Assembly (NCBI GenBank): GCA_964016885.1
Contig: OZ024740.1
Span: 434,434,001 to 434,498,000, forward strand
Direction: 5' to 3'
Length of the DNA stretch: 64,000 nucleotides
Source: Eledone cirrhosa
Taxonomy: Eukaryota
The notes below the pieces were generated by a model. It had not been told where the DNA came from and did not search any database. It saw only the letters and a list, made by a program, of their open reading frames with translations. The translations under genes were made by a program, and so were the position numbers. Shown piece by piece: positions 44,195 through 60,892 of the stretch (positions are counted from its first letter, which is position 1; each line of letters opens with the position of its first letter).

Positions 44195-45222
44195 TTAGAA
44201 GACTGTTGGTGACTGTGGTAGTGGTTATTTTTATGTAGGTTATGGTTTTTGTTTTTGCTTTTATTTTTAATTTTATTTTCATTTATCCGACGGGTCCCCG
44301 GGAGATGGGTAAAGGGACAATCCCGGTCTAAACACAATCTGTCTCGCAGGGAAAAACGGCAGATTTGTGGATTCCTTGTTTGAGTTATTGGTGGTTGTGT
44401 TGGTGTTAAATTAGAGTATGTATTATGGTGGTGGCTGTTTGTGGGGATAGATCGTTTTGTCCTAGGTAAATGGGTGAATTTGCAGCCACTATCCGTACAT
44501 ATTCTATAGCGTAGAGAGTAGCGGCAAATGATGGGGTTTCGAGTGGGTGGGTATGTGGGTGTGGGTGTTGTGAGAGGTGTAGATGATGGTTTGGGTAGGA
44601 TTTGACGACCTTTGTGGACTGTGGGAGGGAGAGTTCTTGTTCTGGTATTAGAAGGTAAATTCCTTGACATAGCAGTAGACAAAAATGTTGTAGTAGTAGT
44701 AGTAGTAGGCAGAGATGTTGGCAGTGGTGATGATTGGACTGCTGGGCCAGAGAAAGGATGTGGCGTTTCATGCTGTGAGACAGAGGCTACTGGGGGGTCA
44801 ATAGTTTCATTTAGTAGATCGGCCATTGTTGATGAATCAAGGAGTGGTTCACACTGTTGTTGTTGCTGTTGTTGATGTTGTTGTTGTAGCTGTTGTTGAT
44901 GTTGTTGTTGTAGCTGTTGTTGTTGTTGCTGTTGTAGCTGCTGTTGTTGTTGTTGCTGCTGCTGGACAGCATTCGAAGAGAAAACACACCGTAGTTTATC
45001 CAAATGTTTATTGATTAATTTAAAAGCAATTTCGATTTGCTTTAATTTATTTTGAATCTGTTGTTCAGATCGAGTTTTCAAAAATTGAACTGTACGTTTA
45101 GCAATGTCGTTCAGAGATGAAACATCTATATTTTCTGTTTGGGAAAGGCAATGCCATGTGTTTATTAGAATGTCGATTTCATTATCAGACCAGTTCTGTT
45201 TGGATTTTTGCTGGTTAGCCAT
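44065..45222 (-). CDS. CR1-group ORF1: Myb/SANT-like N-terminus, polyQ, P/T-rich linker, two CCCH fingers (385 aa)
   Basis: NWSDNEIDILINTW...RSEQQIQNKL; CRYSLRYRICTDSGCKFTH and CRFSLRDRLCLDRDCPFTH; lies directly upstream of ORF2. Confidence 0.85.
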   Translation of the reverse strand: MANQQKSKQNWSDNEIDILINTWHCLSQTENIDVSSLNDIAKRTVQFLKTRSEQQIQNKLKQIEIAFKLINKHLDKLRCVFSSNAVQQQQQQQQQLQQQQQQQLQQQHQQQLQQQHQQQQQQQCEPLLDSSTMADLLNETIDPPVASVSQHETPHPFSGPAVQSSPLPTSLPTTTTTTTFLSTAMSRNLPSNTRTRTLPPTVHKGRQILPKPSSTPLTTPTPTYPPTRNPIICRYSLRYRICTDSGCKFTHLPRTKRSIPTNSHHHNTYSNLTPTQPPITQTRNPQICRFSLRDRLCLDRDCPFTHLPGTRRINENKIKNKSKNKNHNLHKNNHYHSHQQSSKQETSSSFLAIMNLAKELEKNIRAITQHHPPLSPHCTNSHCCH

Positions 45223-45760
45223 TCTAGTTTTGAGTGTGTGTGTGTTTTAGTTAAGTATTTCAATATATATATATATTTTTTTTTAAATTTATTTTTGATT
45301 TATTTTTGTTTTTTGTTTTTCTTGTGTGTGAGTGAGAAGCGTATATATATAAATATGAGTATATATATATATATATATATATGTATATTCTGGTTATTTG
45401 AAATTAATTAAGTTAATGAAAAGACGAAAGTATATAATAATAATTTGTAGTTAAAGGAAAATGTACTCACAAGTTCGTGTGTGTGTGTTTTAGTTAAGTA
45501 TTTCAATATATATATATATTTTTTTTTTAAATTTATTTTTGTTTTTTGTTTTTCTTGTGTGTGAGTGAGAAGCGTATATATATAAATATGAGTATATATA
45601 TATATATATATATGTATATTCTGGTTATTTGAAATTAATGAAAAGACGAAAGTATATAATAATAATTTGTAGTTAAAGGAAAATGTACTCACAAGTTCGA
45701 AAACACGTGGTTTCAAATATATAATAATATAGATGTATGAAAAATGTATTAACCGGTCAA

Positions 45761-47918
<2,158 letters not shown>

Positions 47919-50563
47919 CATTGTTTCTCCTTCTCGGGTGAGTTTTACCAACAGGTCACGGGGGTAGCCATGGGTACAAGAATGGGCCCGAACTATGCCA
48001 ACCCTTTTGTTGGCCATGTTGAGGCCCAAATCTTTGCCCAGTACACCGGCCCCACGCCCGAACTGTACGGTCGTTACATTGACGACTGTATCGGAGCCAC
48101 GACCCTCACCCGAGTACAGCTCGACTCCTTTCTCTCCTTCTTCTGCTCCTTCCACCCCTCCCTCCACTTCACCACCTCTATCTCCACCACCCACGTCCAC
48201 TTCTTAGACATCTCCATCACCTTCGACCCCTCCCACCACTCCCTCGTCACCTCCGCCTTCTTCAAACCCACCGACTCCCACTCTTACCTCGACTTCACCT
48301 CTTCCCACCCCACACACACTAAACTCTCCATTCCCTACTCCCAACTCCTCAGGATCCGCCGCCTCTGTAGCCGAGATGCTGACTTCGAGTCCCAGGCCCT
48401 TTCCCTAGTCAGCCATTTCATCCGCAGAGGTTACCGCCCCTCTCTCGTCCACACCGCTCTCACCCGCGCCCGTGCTATCCCCCGCTCCACCACCCTTACC
48501 CCACGCCACCGCACACCCACCCACCGTCTCCCCTTCCCCATCACCTACCACCCCTCCACCGCACCATCCGCCGCCTCTTCCGACACCTCCAGTCCGACCC
48601 CTCCACCTCCCACATCTTCCCAACCCCACCACTCCCCTCCTTCAAACGCGCACGCAATCTCCGCACCCTCCTCGTCCACAGCTCCCTACCCCCCAACCCA
48701 CGCTCCGTTTCCCCCCCCCCCCGGTTCCTTCCCCTGTTCTAGGCCCCGCTGCAACACCTTTCCCCACATCACCAACACCACCACCTTCCAGGGTCCCAAC
48801 GGCCACCCTCTCTCGGTCCGGCATGCCTTCCGCTGCACCTCCTCCAACCTAGTCTACGGACTTCGTTGCACGAGGTGCAGCGCGACTTATGTCGGACAGA
48901 CGGGATGCCGCCTGGCGGACCGTGTCACGGAGCACCTCCGGGACATTCGTCTCGTGGGCAGTTCCCCCATCGCCCGCCACTTTGGTGGCCCTGGACACTC
49001 CGCAGGCCATCTCACAGTCTGTGGCCTACTCCAGTGCCACGGAACACCCGCCCATCGCCTTACGGTCGAACAACGAACTATCTTCATCTTACAGACCCAC
49101 ACCCCCCCCGGCCTGAACTCCCCACCCTTATTCCTTTAGCGTTCGACCGCCCCCCTCCCCCACTTATCCCCCACTAACACCACTAACACACCCCTCCTTT
49201 TCACCGCCCACCCCACACTAACAATACTAACACCCCCACTCCACCCCTCATCTAACCACCCTTCCCCAACTAGCATACTAACATCCCTTCCCTCCCCTCT
49301 TCTCCTCCTCCGCCTCCTTATCACACGCACCCACTTACACCACCCACCCCCACACAACTAACATCACTAACACCCTCCAACCCCACGCACACGTACCCAC
49401 ACACCCTCGTACACCACCAACTCTACACACCCTACCCCCACTAACCCCCACTCACACCTGCATTCCACCCCTCCCCACCTCCCGTATATTAACACCCACT
49501 AACACCTCTTCACCAAACTACACACACACCAGTACACCACACTCCCTCCATAGAACCACACACACTCTTCTCTCCCCGCTCCACACTCACTCATCCCACT
49601 AACACCCCACTAACACACACACACACACACACCCTCCTCACTCCAACTCTCACACCTACCCATCCTCGCCTCCCTACCATTCCGCCGACTGCTGCTATGC
49701 CCTTCCGACCACTGTCTCAGCACCAACTGACCACAGCACTTCCACTGCTGACCACTTCCTGTTGCGCGCGCACCCCACATCTCTCCTCTTCCGACCACCG
49801 CTTCTTGGATTACCCACACGCGTTTTGATTTCTCACCAAAATCTCCATACATCCGTGTAACTTACCACTTTTCAACCATCCTCTTACACCATCACCTATA
49901 TAACTCACCCACACACACATCCCAAAACAATTTTTTTATCCACACGCCACCCACAACACGCTTAAACCACACACACGTGCTTCCCACCACATATTTACAC
50001 CCTCAGCCCCCTGATTCCTCTCCCCCCACCCCCCTATCCACACACGCACAGACCCTCCGACCCACAAAAACACCCCCCACACACACCTTCCTGAACATGC
50101 AACCCCGTTCTTCCCCCAACCCTCACTTTCACATACACACACACACACACGCACACCTAACCACACACACCACCTTCAGCCCTCCCCGCTCGGACACCCC
50201 GTCTCCCTCTCCCCACTCCACCCGCCACCACCTCTACTCACCTCACACCCTTCCACCACCTGTTTACCCCTCTTTTAATTTCTGTTTATTTTGATCATGC
50301 CTTTATTTTTAAATGTTCTCATTCCTTGTATTTTGATCATGCTTTATTTTTATTTTTATCTTTATTTGTTATTTTTTCATTCGCACCGTTTCCTTTCGCT
50401 ATATGTCTCTCCACCACTCCCCTACACACCTTTTGAACTCTCACCTGAAGAAGGGCTTATGCCCGAAACGTCGTCCCCCACCTACCCCCCACTCTCCTGA
50501 GCGTGAATTTAATAAACATTTGTCGTACTGCCTCTCTGTTCTGTCCCTGTTCAATTTTTCATT
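47919..50563 (+). mobile_element. Penelope-like element (probably Neptune-type), 5'-truncated: RT C-half + GIY-YIG (47919-49139), long C/A-rich 3' UTR, hammerhead, AATAAA
   Basis: [69 protein letters not shown]...YVGQTG..L..R..EH, PPGLN. Two compensating frameshifts near 48560 and 48715. Confidence 0.93.
50438..50480 (+). ncRNA. Minimal type I hammerhead motif of the Penelope terminus
   Basis: CTGAAGA at 50445-50451, GGGC-TTAT-GCCC stem II, GAAA, palindromic ACGT stem III, GUC triplet; stem I only ~2 bp. Confidence 0.75.
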
Positions 50564-50661
50564 ATACATATATATATATATACATATATAAATATATACA
50601 TATATACATATACATATATATACATATACATATATATATATATACATATATATATATACAC

Positions 50662-50692
<31 letters not shown>

Positions 50693-50830
50693 CATATATA
50701 TACATATATATATATATACATATATATACATATATGTATACATACATACATATATATATACATATATATACATATATGTATATATATGTATGTATGTGTG
50801 TGTATATATATATATGTGTGTGTATATATA

Positions 50831-50872
<42 letters not shown>

Positions 50873-51357
50873 TATATATATATACACACACATACATACA
50901 TATATATATATATATACACACACATACATACATATATATATATATATACACACACATACATACATATATATATATATACACACATACATACATATATATA
51001 AATACACACATATATATATACACACATACATACATATATATATACACACATACATATATATATATATACACACATACATATATATATATACACACATACA
51101 TATATATATATATATACACACATACATACATATATATATATACACATACATACATATATATATATACACATACATATATATACACACATACATACATATA
51201 TATATATACACATACATACATATATATATATACACATACATACATATATATATATACACATACATACATATATATATATACACATACATACATATATACA
51301 CACATACATATATATATATACATACATACATACATACATATATATATATACACACAC

Positions 51358-51388
<31 letters not shown>

Positions 51389-51502
51389 CACACATACATA
51401 CATATATATATACATACACACATACATATATATATATACATACACACACATACATATATATATATAAATACACACATACATATATATATATAAATACACA
51501 CA
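50564..51502. repeat. (TA)/(CA) array
   Basis: Seen directly. Confidence 0.97.
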
Positions 51503-54390
51503 TAACTTTGAATAACTTTGAATAACTTTGAAATGTTTTGGCCAGTATTGGCCCAGGCCATGTCTAACTTAATAGCACCACCTGGCGAAGTCTTTCAATT
51601 CAGGATTTGGGCACCATGGCCCATTCGAGAAGAGAATTACTGTTTGCGGAGACATATCCGGGTGTGGGTGGTTTGTCCGGGATTACTTGGAGGAATTTGT
51701 CCAAAGACTTCTTGAATTTTGTGTGGTCAGTTTCTGTTTTGACGTGTCCTGGTGTGATGTTGAAGAGAGCAGGGCCGATTGAGGTGAAATAATTGTGCCG
51801 TATTGTTGTTATGAGTTGCGATTTAGATTTTTGAATGGGACGGATAGCACGGGGCCCAAGCCTTGGGTGTATCTTGAAGGCGATGCCAACATCATTTGGG
51901 CAGTGATGATGGAACATTTTCCACATCATGCAGATAATATAACGCTCACGGCGACGTTGGAGTGAGTAAAGTTTCAGGTTTTCTAATCGACCCCAGTAGT
52001 CAAGGTCTGACATGCCATCTATCTTTTTCGTGATTGCCCTTTGAGGAGCTTCAAGTTTCATGATACTTTGTTTCGTGTGGGGAGACCACAGTGGACAACA
52101 GTATTCAAGGTGTGGTCAGGCGAAAGTAGAGAAGAGAAGGATAATGGTGCGGGAATCTCTCGACTGGAAGGTTCTGAGGATCCAGGAACACATTCTGCGG
52201 GCCATGTCAACTTTGCTGCTTATATGCGTGGTCCAGCTTATGTTGCTGTCCACGGTTACTCCCAAGTCTCTGATGTTGTTAGATGCCATGAGAGTTTCCC
52301 CGGAGGGAAGGGAGTACGGGAGTTTCAGAGCATCCTCTTTTCCAAAGTGGATCAGTTCGAATTTGTCTTCGTTCAGTAACATGTTGTTCTTTTCTGCCCA
52401 TTGGGTAACAGCCAGTAGGTCTGACTGAAGGCTTATCCGGTCATCCACGCCATTGATGACCTTTTGGAGCTTGGAATCATCAGCGAAAATTTTAATGTTG
52501 CTGTGTTTGATGATGTCAGTGATGTCATTAATATAGATGATAAAGAGAAGTGGGCCCAACACAGTGCCTTGTGGGACCCCACTACTGACTTTGGCTGGGC
52601 TTGATTTGACTCCCTCAACTACAACATGTTGGGTTCTGTTTGACAGGAAGCTCTTGATCCACTGCAGCAGCTTTCCAGTGACACCAATATTGGACAGCTT
52701 TCTCAGTAGAATGTTATGATCAACCCTGTCAAAGGCCTTGCTGAAATCAAGGTAGATAACATCAGTGTTGGAACCCTCTCCCAAGGCTCTCAAAATGTCA
52801 TCAAAGTGATGCAGTAGCTGCGTCAGGCAATCCCTTCCATTACGGAATCCATGCTGGTTGGAGTTCAGCATATTGTTACTCTCAAGGAAGTGGGTCATTC
52901 GCGATCTCACCACTCGCTCAAATACCTTAATGATATGAGAGGTGAGTGAGATTGGACGGTAATTCACGGCAAGGGATTTGTTTCCCTTTTTGAAAACTGG
53001 GACAACAGACTGGGATAGAAGGTTTTCTGGCACATATCCAGCATCCAGTGAGTTCCGCCACAGATTGGCAAGAGGAGATGCAAGTTGGTGTTGACACGCC
53101 TTCAAGACACAAGCAGGGAACCTATCGGGACCTACTGCTGAATTATGCTTGATTTCCTTTATTGCCGCCAAGACATCAGGGGCGCCAAACGTTATGTCCG
53201 ATAAGGTGTAATGGGGAGTAACATCGCCGATACAGCCCAGATCGGCCATATCAGGATTGCTGAAAACAGAGCAGTATTGTTTCTGCAGTATCTCACCCAT
53301 GGTTTTAGCATTGTCTTGAAGAGTGCCATTTTCATCAATTAGAGGGCCAACAGTAGAGCCAGTGATTTTGTGTTTTTTTGCAAATGAAAAGAACACTTTG
53401 GGATTGAGTTTGATCTTCTCAATGGCCCAGGCCTCTTCAGCTCTTCTCTGATTGTTGATGAGGGACATTATGTTGTTTTGGAGGTTATGTTTTTTAATCT
53501 CTAGTGATGAAATGGCAGTCAAGTTGATGTGTTGCTGCTGACAGTATTTCAGCTTGTTGATTTTTTTGTTCGTTCTCTTAATTTTTCTGATGAGCGTTTT
53601 TCTATTTCTAGGGATTCTGCTCTTAGATTTGTTTATATTTCTTAATGGGGTGTGTTTAGCACATATGTTTGTAACAGTGTCCACAAATGTCTGCCAGGAC
53701 TTTTTGATGTTAGTGGGTGTATGAGTGTGCGTGAAGGACCAGTCGACATGTGCAAGATCATGACTGATCGCTTCCCAGTTTGCATTGTGGAAATCCATAG
53801 CGTCAAACGGATGGACAGGAGAGATGACATTGGGTTTGTATATTGGACGGTGGAATCTCAGATCACAGAGAACCATGTCATGATCAGAGAGTAGAGTTTT
53901 CTCCACTGCAATATTGTGGATATTGTCAGTGTGATTGCTGAAAATTAAGTCTAGGACGTTTTTGTGGCACCTCGTTGGTTCGAGCACCAGTTGGGATAGG
54001 AAGAAATCATCCATGAAGTCAAGAAGCGATTCCACAGCTTCCCTGTCAGAGGTTGAGGCAGAAGAACCTGGTGGCAGGCTGTTTGTGGACCAGTCAACTC
54101 CGGGGAGGTTGAAGTCCCCCATCATTAAGATGTTGTCAGGGTGACACTCTTGGATGAAACACTTTATGCTGTTGAGGCATTCCTTGAAGCATGGTACAGG
54201 CGTTTGGGGTGGCCTATAGAGCCCAACTACTAATAGGTTGTTGGTTTGACTGAATACAGTGACTGCTTCACAGTATCCATTAGTGAATATGTTCATAGCC
54301 TCTGTTGAGAAAGAATTATGGACATAAATGGCAGTTCCGCCCTTTCTTCTGCCAGCGCGATCAGCACGGATGGCTTTGAATTTTTTCACA
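51503..54390 (-). pseudogene. CR1-group LINE copy 2: 5'-truncated inside APE, premature stop at 52116-52118
   Basis: Near-identical to 40969-43845; CGA>TGA in FARPHLEY; tail (TTCAAAGTTA)3. Confidence 0.95.
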
Positions 54391-56005
<1,615 letters not shown>

Positions 56006-56345
56006 ATGGTGGCTGCCAACTCGTTTTCGAGTACGGCCACTACTTTATATCCGCGCTGAACGAGTGTGACTTTTTAGTCCAGCCAGTGACTTGAAAACTC
56101 TGGTACAAACACTACACTTGTGACAATTATTGACACAGTGCTGAGCCCATGGTACCATGTGACGACAAGTGCAGAGAGATCTCCAGATATAAAGCAATAC
56201 CTGTGCCATGAAGCTTTTATAGTGAGCAAAGGCACTGCACAAAGCCAGTCCCACTCTCTTAACCAAGATGATATTTACCAAAAAGAAAAACAAGTCAACA
56301 TCATTGGATACCATCAGGGTTGCAGGTGTTATATCAGAGTTTTCC
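56006..56345 (-). mobile_element. Bipartite, internally deleted RTE-A-related element: 5' leader joined to the last C2H2 finger and terminal hairpin
   Basis: 56193-56342 aligns by eye to 5085-5235; encodes [20 protein letters not shown]; hairpin 56006-56040 resembles 661-700. Confidence 0.7.
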
Positions 56346-56351
56346 TTCTGG

Positions 56352-56862
56352 AATAAAATAAAAAAATTTAAACATAAAATTACAAAGAATCAGTCCAGAG
56401 CCTTGTAGTTATGCAATAGATGTTTGGTGACGTGTGGACAACGTGTGAAAAATTCACTTCTCGTATTTAGGCAATCACTATTGCGTAAACACAAGTGAAT
56501 TTTTCACACGTTGTCCACACGTCACCAAACATCTATTGCATAACTACAAGGCTCCGGACTGATTTTTTGTAATTTTATGTTTAAATTTTTTTAATTTTAT
56601 TTTTAACCTAAAAACTTTCCGGACTTTCACAGTTATCTCCCTTACACCTCCCGCACGCAGTCTAGTATTGCCTGTGTGAAGTGACCGAGTTGACGGTTGT
56701 CCTTCCTGTTCCTATAACCATACACATCCCGAGCTGAAGATCCGCAAAGGTGAAACAATTGTTCTCGGTATGGTGAACTAACTGTTGTGTAACCACTTCT
56801 ACCTAACTCATCCCTTGGACTGAGTGCTCTACCAATACGGATATTACCTTCCAGTGTTCCAC

Positions 56863-56866
<4 letters not shown>
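56352..56866 (+). mobile_element. Fold-back element 3: ~100-bp IR (56360-56459/56493-56592) + hammerhead + tail into (TA)n
   Basis: IR with about two mismatches; well-formed HHR downstream. Confidence 0.75.
56717..56774 (+). ncRNA. Type I hammerhead ribozyme
   Basis: Stem I ACCATA/TATGGT + bulge + CCGAG/CTCGG; CTGAAGA at 56734-56740; stem-loop II CC-GCAAA-GG; GAAA at 56752-56755; palindromic stem III ACAATTGT; predicted cut after GUU (56763). Confidence 0.82.
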
Positions 56867-56914
<48 letters not shown>

Positions 56915-57032
56915 GAAAATATAGAGAAATTAATGTGAGCAAGCCAACATTATTTCATATATAAGTGACTATAGCGTCAAGATGGAAAATATTTAACGTA
57001 AGATATGGGAAAATAATTCAAACTCAATTAAA

Positions 57033-57113
<81 letters not shown>

Positions 57114-57159
57114 CCTATTTCTTACAATCAGGTTGCACACACTCCAAGAAGATAAGATT

Positions 57160-58415
57160 CGGCTCATGTTATCCTCTGGCAAGGGAAACGCTCGCCAAAA
57201 TGGAGCGCACACTCTTCCAATTCCTTTGGAAGAAGCGGGCTCCTATGGTGAGGAGATACATCTGCTGTCAACACCCTTCGAAAGGAGGGCTGGGGATGCC
57301 GTGGCTAATGATACGTAAACACGCATTAAGGCTACGGCACTTCCAGGTATTCCTCACCGGTCAACCGGTGTGGGCCCCGTTTGTGAGGCGAGCCTTTCCC
57401 AGACTCGTCTCGCTCACCGAGCTGCAATCCTGGGTCAGGCAAAGACCAAGAAAACTGGGCGCCTGGCACACCGAGTGTGCCCAGGCGCTCACGGCTCTCT
57501 GGCAAGCGGACCCGGCTGTCAGTGGAGAATCCACCTCGTCATTCTATAGAGGGCTGGTGGTTAGCAGGTGCGATGACGCCCTCGGAGAAGCCCTAGACAT
57601 GGAGGAAAACGAACTGGCCAACCTGTTCAGTAGGACATTCAGCCTGGGACCTATGGATAACTTCCAGAGGTCCCTGGCCTGGCAGTGCTACCGAGGGGCT
57701 CTGCCCGTTCGAGAAAGGCTCTACAGACACGGGCGCCTGGGTAGGGACCCCTCGAAAAAGATCTGTCCCAGATGCGTGTGTGATGAGGAAACCGTTGCAC
57801 ACGCATTGGTACACTGCTCGGGCATTGACGATCTGTGGGGCTATGTCGAACAACTGATGTCAAGGGTGGGACCGATCCGGTTGACCACCGAGTCTATTGT
57901 AACGATCAAGCCGCCTCCCCTCTTCAAAAACGAAGGAGAGGCGTTGTTTCTGTGCGTAATAGCCATGGCGAAAGAGGTTGTATGGTGGACGCGTCTGAAA
58001 GGACTGAGGTCAGGCACCTTTCTCTCTGGCCAACAACTGGTCCGTTTCTTCTGATATCATTTCGGAAGAAGGATCAGGATGGAGAGAGAGGTGCTGCACC
58101 CCAGCCGTTTTTATGAAAGATGGGTGAAATTGGCGAGAATGGTCCGTGTGAATGGGCCTTCACTCTACATCAGACTATAGGTGAGGAAGATGAAAGATCA
58201 AGGGAGCACCCCCTCTCTGTGCTCCTGGGGAGAAGGGTTGCACACTTTTTTCAGGAGTCTGTGCGACTCCCCAAGGCGCCTCCTCCTTATTGAGGATTTT
58301 GTTATTAAATTTATTTTTGTTATTTTTTATATTTTGTTATTGCCTCCTTCTTATTGAGGACGCCTTTTGTGCTTGTCCCACTTTTTGATGCCCTGGTGGC
58401 AAATAAAAAGAAAGT
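57160..58415 (+). pseudogene. L1/Tx1-clade LINE 3' fragment
   Basis: LFQFLW...KGGLGMP, AWQCYRGALPVRERL, CPRCVCDEETVAHALVHC (zf-RVT-like); T-rich UTR with AATAAA near 58402. Confidence 0.85.
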
Positions 58416-58422
58416 TATATAT

Positions 58423-58582
58423 ATCATCATTTCATTTTACGTCCGCTTTTCCCTGCTTGCAAGGGTGGAACGGGAATTGATGCTCGCTTGATTTCTACAG
58501 CTGGATGCCCTTCCTAACACCAACCTCATTTACAGTGAGTGCTGGGTGCTTTTTTGCCGTGGCACCTACACGACCACTTTGC
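58423..58582 (-). mobile_element. SINE-1 3' fragment
   Basis: Reverse-complement match to 61380-61540. Confidence 0.85.
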
Positions 58583-58594
58583 ATATATATATAT

Positions 58595-58908
58595 TAATTC
58601 AAAATATTAACAAAATAGATATTCTTGTGATCAATTATATTTTATTATACATATTTCAGAGGTACTGAGTTAAGTTCAACAGTACGTCCTCATCAGATAA
58701 AATAAAATGATACATGACATACCCTGACATAATAGATGGTACCTCTGAAATATGTATAATAAAATATAATTGATCACAAGAATATCTATTTTGTTAATAT
58801 TTTGAATTATTATTAATAACACTGGAAACCCTTGTTACTGTTGAGTTCTTCCAATCTATTGTAAAACTCATTCTTTGATGTATTCATTGAACCTTGTTTA
58901 ACTTTTAA
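58595..58908. mobile_element. Fold-back element 4: 71-bp perfect IR (58595-58665/58739-58809) with a minus-strand hammerhead
   Basis: Arms are exact reverse complements; (TA)n flanks. Confidence 0.75.
58640..58708 (-). ncRNA. Hammerhead-ribozyme-like motif
   Basis: Minus strand reads TTTTATTTTAT-CTGATGA-GGACGTACTG..CAGTACCTCT-GAAA-TATGTA-TAATAAAA. Confidence 0.65.
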
Positions 58909-58962
58909 ATATATATATATATATATACACAGGGAACTACTGTGTGTGTGTGTGTGTATGTA

Positions 58963-59017
<55 letters not shown>

Positions 59018-59546
59018 AATATATGTATATATATATCTCCCCATTTTATTGCATATATTTACCCAAACTGCGATTCTGTTTTTCTCTCTCTCTCTTACTG
59101 CTCCCCCATTCTGTTTCTCCTACTTTCTTTCGCCCCCTCTGTCATGTCAGTTAACTCTTCCTCATACTTCCACTCACTCACTGTTTCTCCTCTCCTCATT
59201 TCACCCCGTTCGCGAAGAAAGCAATTTCTCTTTTCTCACATTGCATTCGTTCGTGAAAGGTCTTTTTTCTAAGCGCTCATATATTCACCTAGCTTATGCT
59301 AACAGAATAACTATGAAGCTTGTCTCCTTCCTTCTACGGTTAGCTCTACTCTTTGTTGTTTTCTTGTCTCACTCGCTTTACGCGTTTTAATTGTCCTAAT
59401 AACTTAATTTAGTTATTATTGCACCGACGTGAGGTATATGATTTTTAATGCAATGAAATATCTATGATCGTCGGCAAATCACTGATGAGGGACTTATTTT
59501 ATTACATGTTATCCATGTGCTACCAGCTGTATTTTTCTCCCCATTT

Positions 59547-59631
<85 letters not shown>

Positions 59632-60281
59632 CAAAAGATGTTTAAAAGAGTTCCATGTATTTTTATTATGCGCATTTCAAAATGATATATATATATATAT
59701 ATATATAATTTTGAAATATATATATATATATAAATTTGAAATATATATATACACACACACAGTTGTTATACAAACAAACCGAACTAGACAACAAGAACGA
59801 CTCGAAAGAGGACATTAGAAACATGCAAAGCCCAGAAACCATGTTTTACAAAAACAAAGATAGATCTGTCGTAAATATTGCTATATATATATGACTTGAT
59901 ATACTGTTGTTTACTATTTAAACTACGAATAACAAATATTGAAATATCTACACAATGTTTAGAATAAGAACGATATCTTTCCATTCTGACAAAGAATCCT
60001 CAATATGTGTAAGGTTGAAGAGGAGGTATAACCAATTAGATTTATATTCAATATATATCCTAGTTCCAAACTCCATCTAAGAACATAAAATATATCATTA
60101 TACAATTCCTGCTAGGATACCACCACCTTTCTTAATAGCAGTAGTAAAAAAACATTTGATATCTGAGTTGTAGAGAGGAATAAGTATTGTCTCATATTAT
60201 TGTTTACAAGGGGCTTATTTCTTAACAACATATATAAGTCTGTATGTATGGCGGGTCTCTTAGAAAATAATATATAGTAAA

Positions 60282-60485
60282 TAATTGTTTCTGATTTAGG
60301 TACAAAGCCAACAATTTTAGTGGGGAACGGGTAAGTCGATTAAACCGACTCCAGTGTATTACTGGTACTTTATTCTATCGACCCCGTAAGGAGGAAAGGC
60401 AAAGCTAACCTCGGCGTGATTTGAACTCAGACCATAAAGGGCTGTAACTCTATGCTGCAAAGCATGTTGTCCGACCCTCTACCAA
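60282..60485 (-). mobile_element. SINE family 2
   Basis: Body and B-box motifs as in the other copies. Confidence 0.82.
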
Positions 60486-60892
60486 CAGAATAAACAAATA
60501 CATGTAAAATATATTTTACAAATAATTTATAGTCACAAGAGAGAGAAAACAATGTTTTATTATTATTGTGTGAGTGTGTATATGTGAGTGAACTGATGAG
60601 TGTATATATGTGAGTGAACTGATGTGTGTGTGTGAATTGATGTATGTGTGTATGTATGTTTTTCGATAAATCTTCGGCACAGAATATCCACTATGCAAAA
60701 ATATCGATTTCTTTATTATTCTTATTATTGTGAGAAGTGAAGTGAAAGGGTGATGAATGATCATCTATTGGTATTGATCTCTTATAGAGAGACCGACATG
60801 GTTGAGGGGGGGGGGGGGGGGGGGGGGGGCTCAACTGGTTGTTTCGTTTTCAACAGAATTTGATAGCATAAAAGGAAAGAAACACGTTTTAG

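Larger units (their letters stand above)
40969..45760 (-). mobile_element. CR1-group LINE, apparently full length: duplicated 5' UTR, ORF1, ORF2, (TTCAAAGTTA)n tail
   Basis: Two open ORFs; (TA)n on both sides; 10-mer tail at 40969-40990. Confidence 0.9.

Noticed and set aside
59313-59390. Signal-peptide-like MKLVSFLLRLALLFVVFLSHSLYAF
   Set aside because: Stops after 25 codons; the hydrophobicity is explained by T/C-rich composition.
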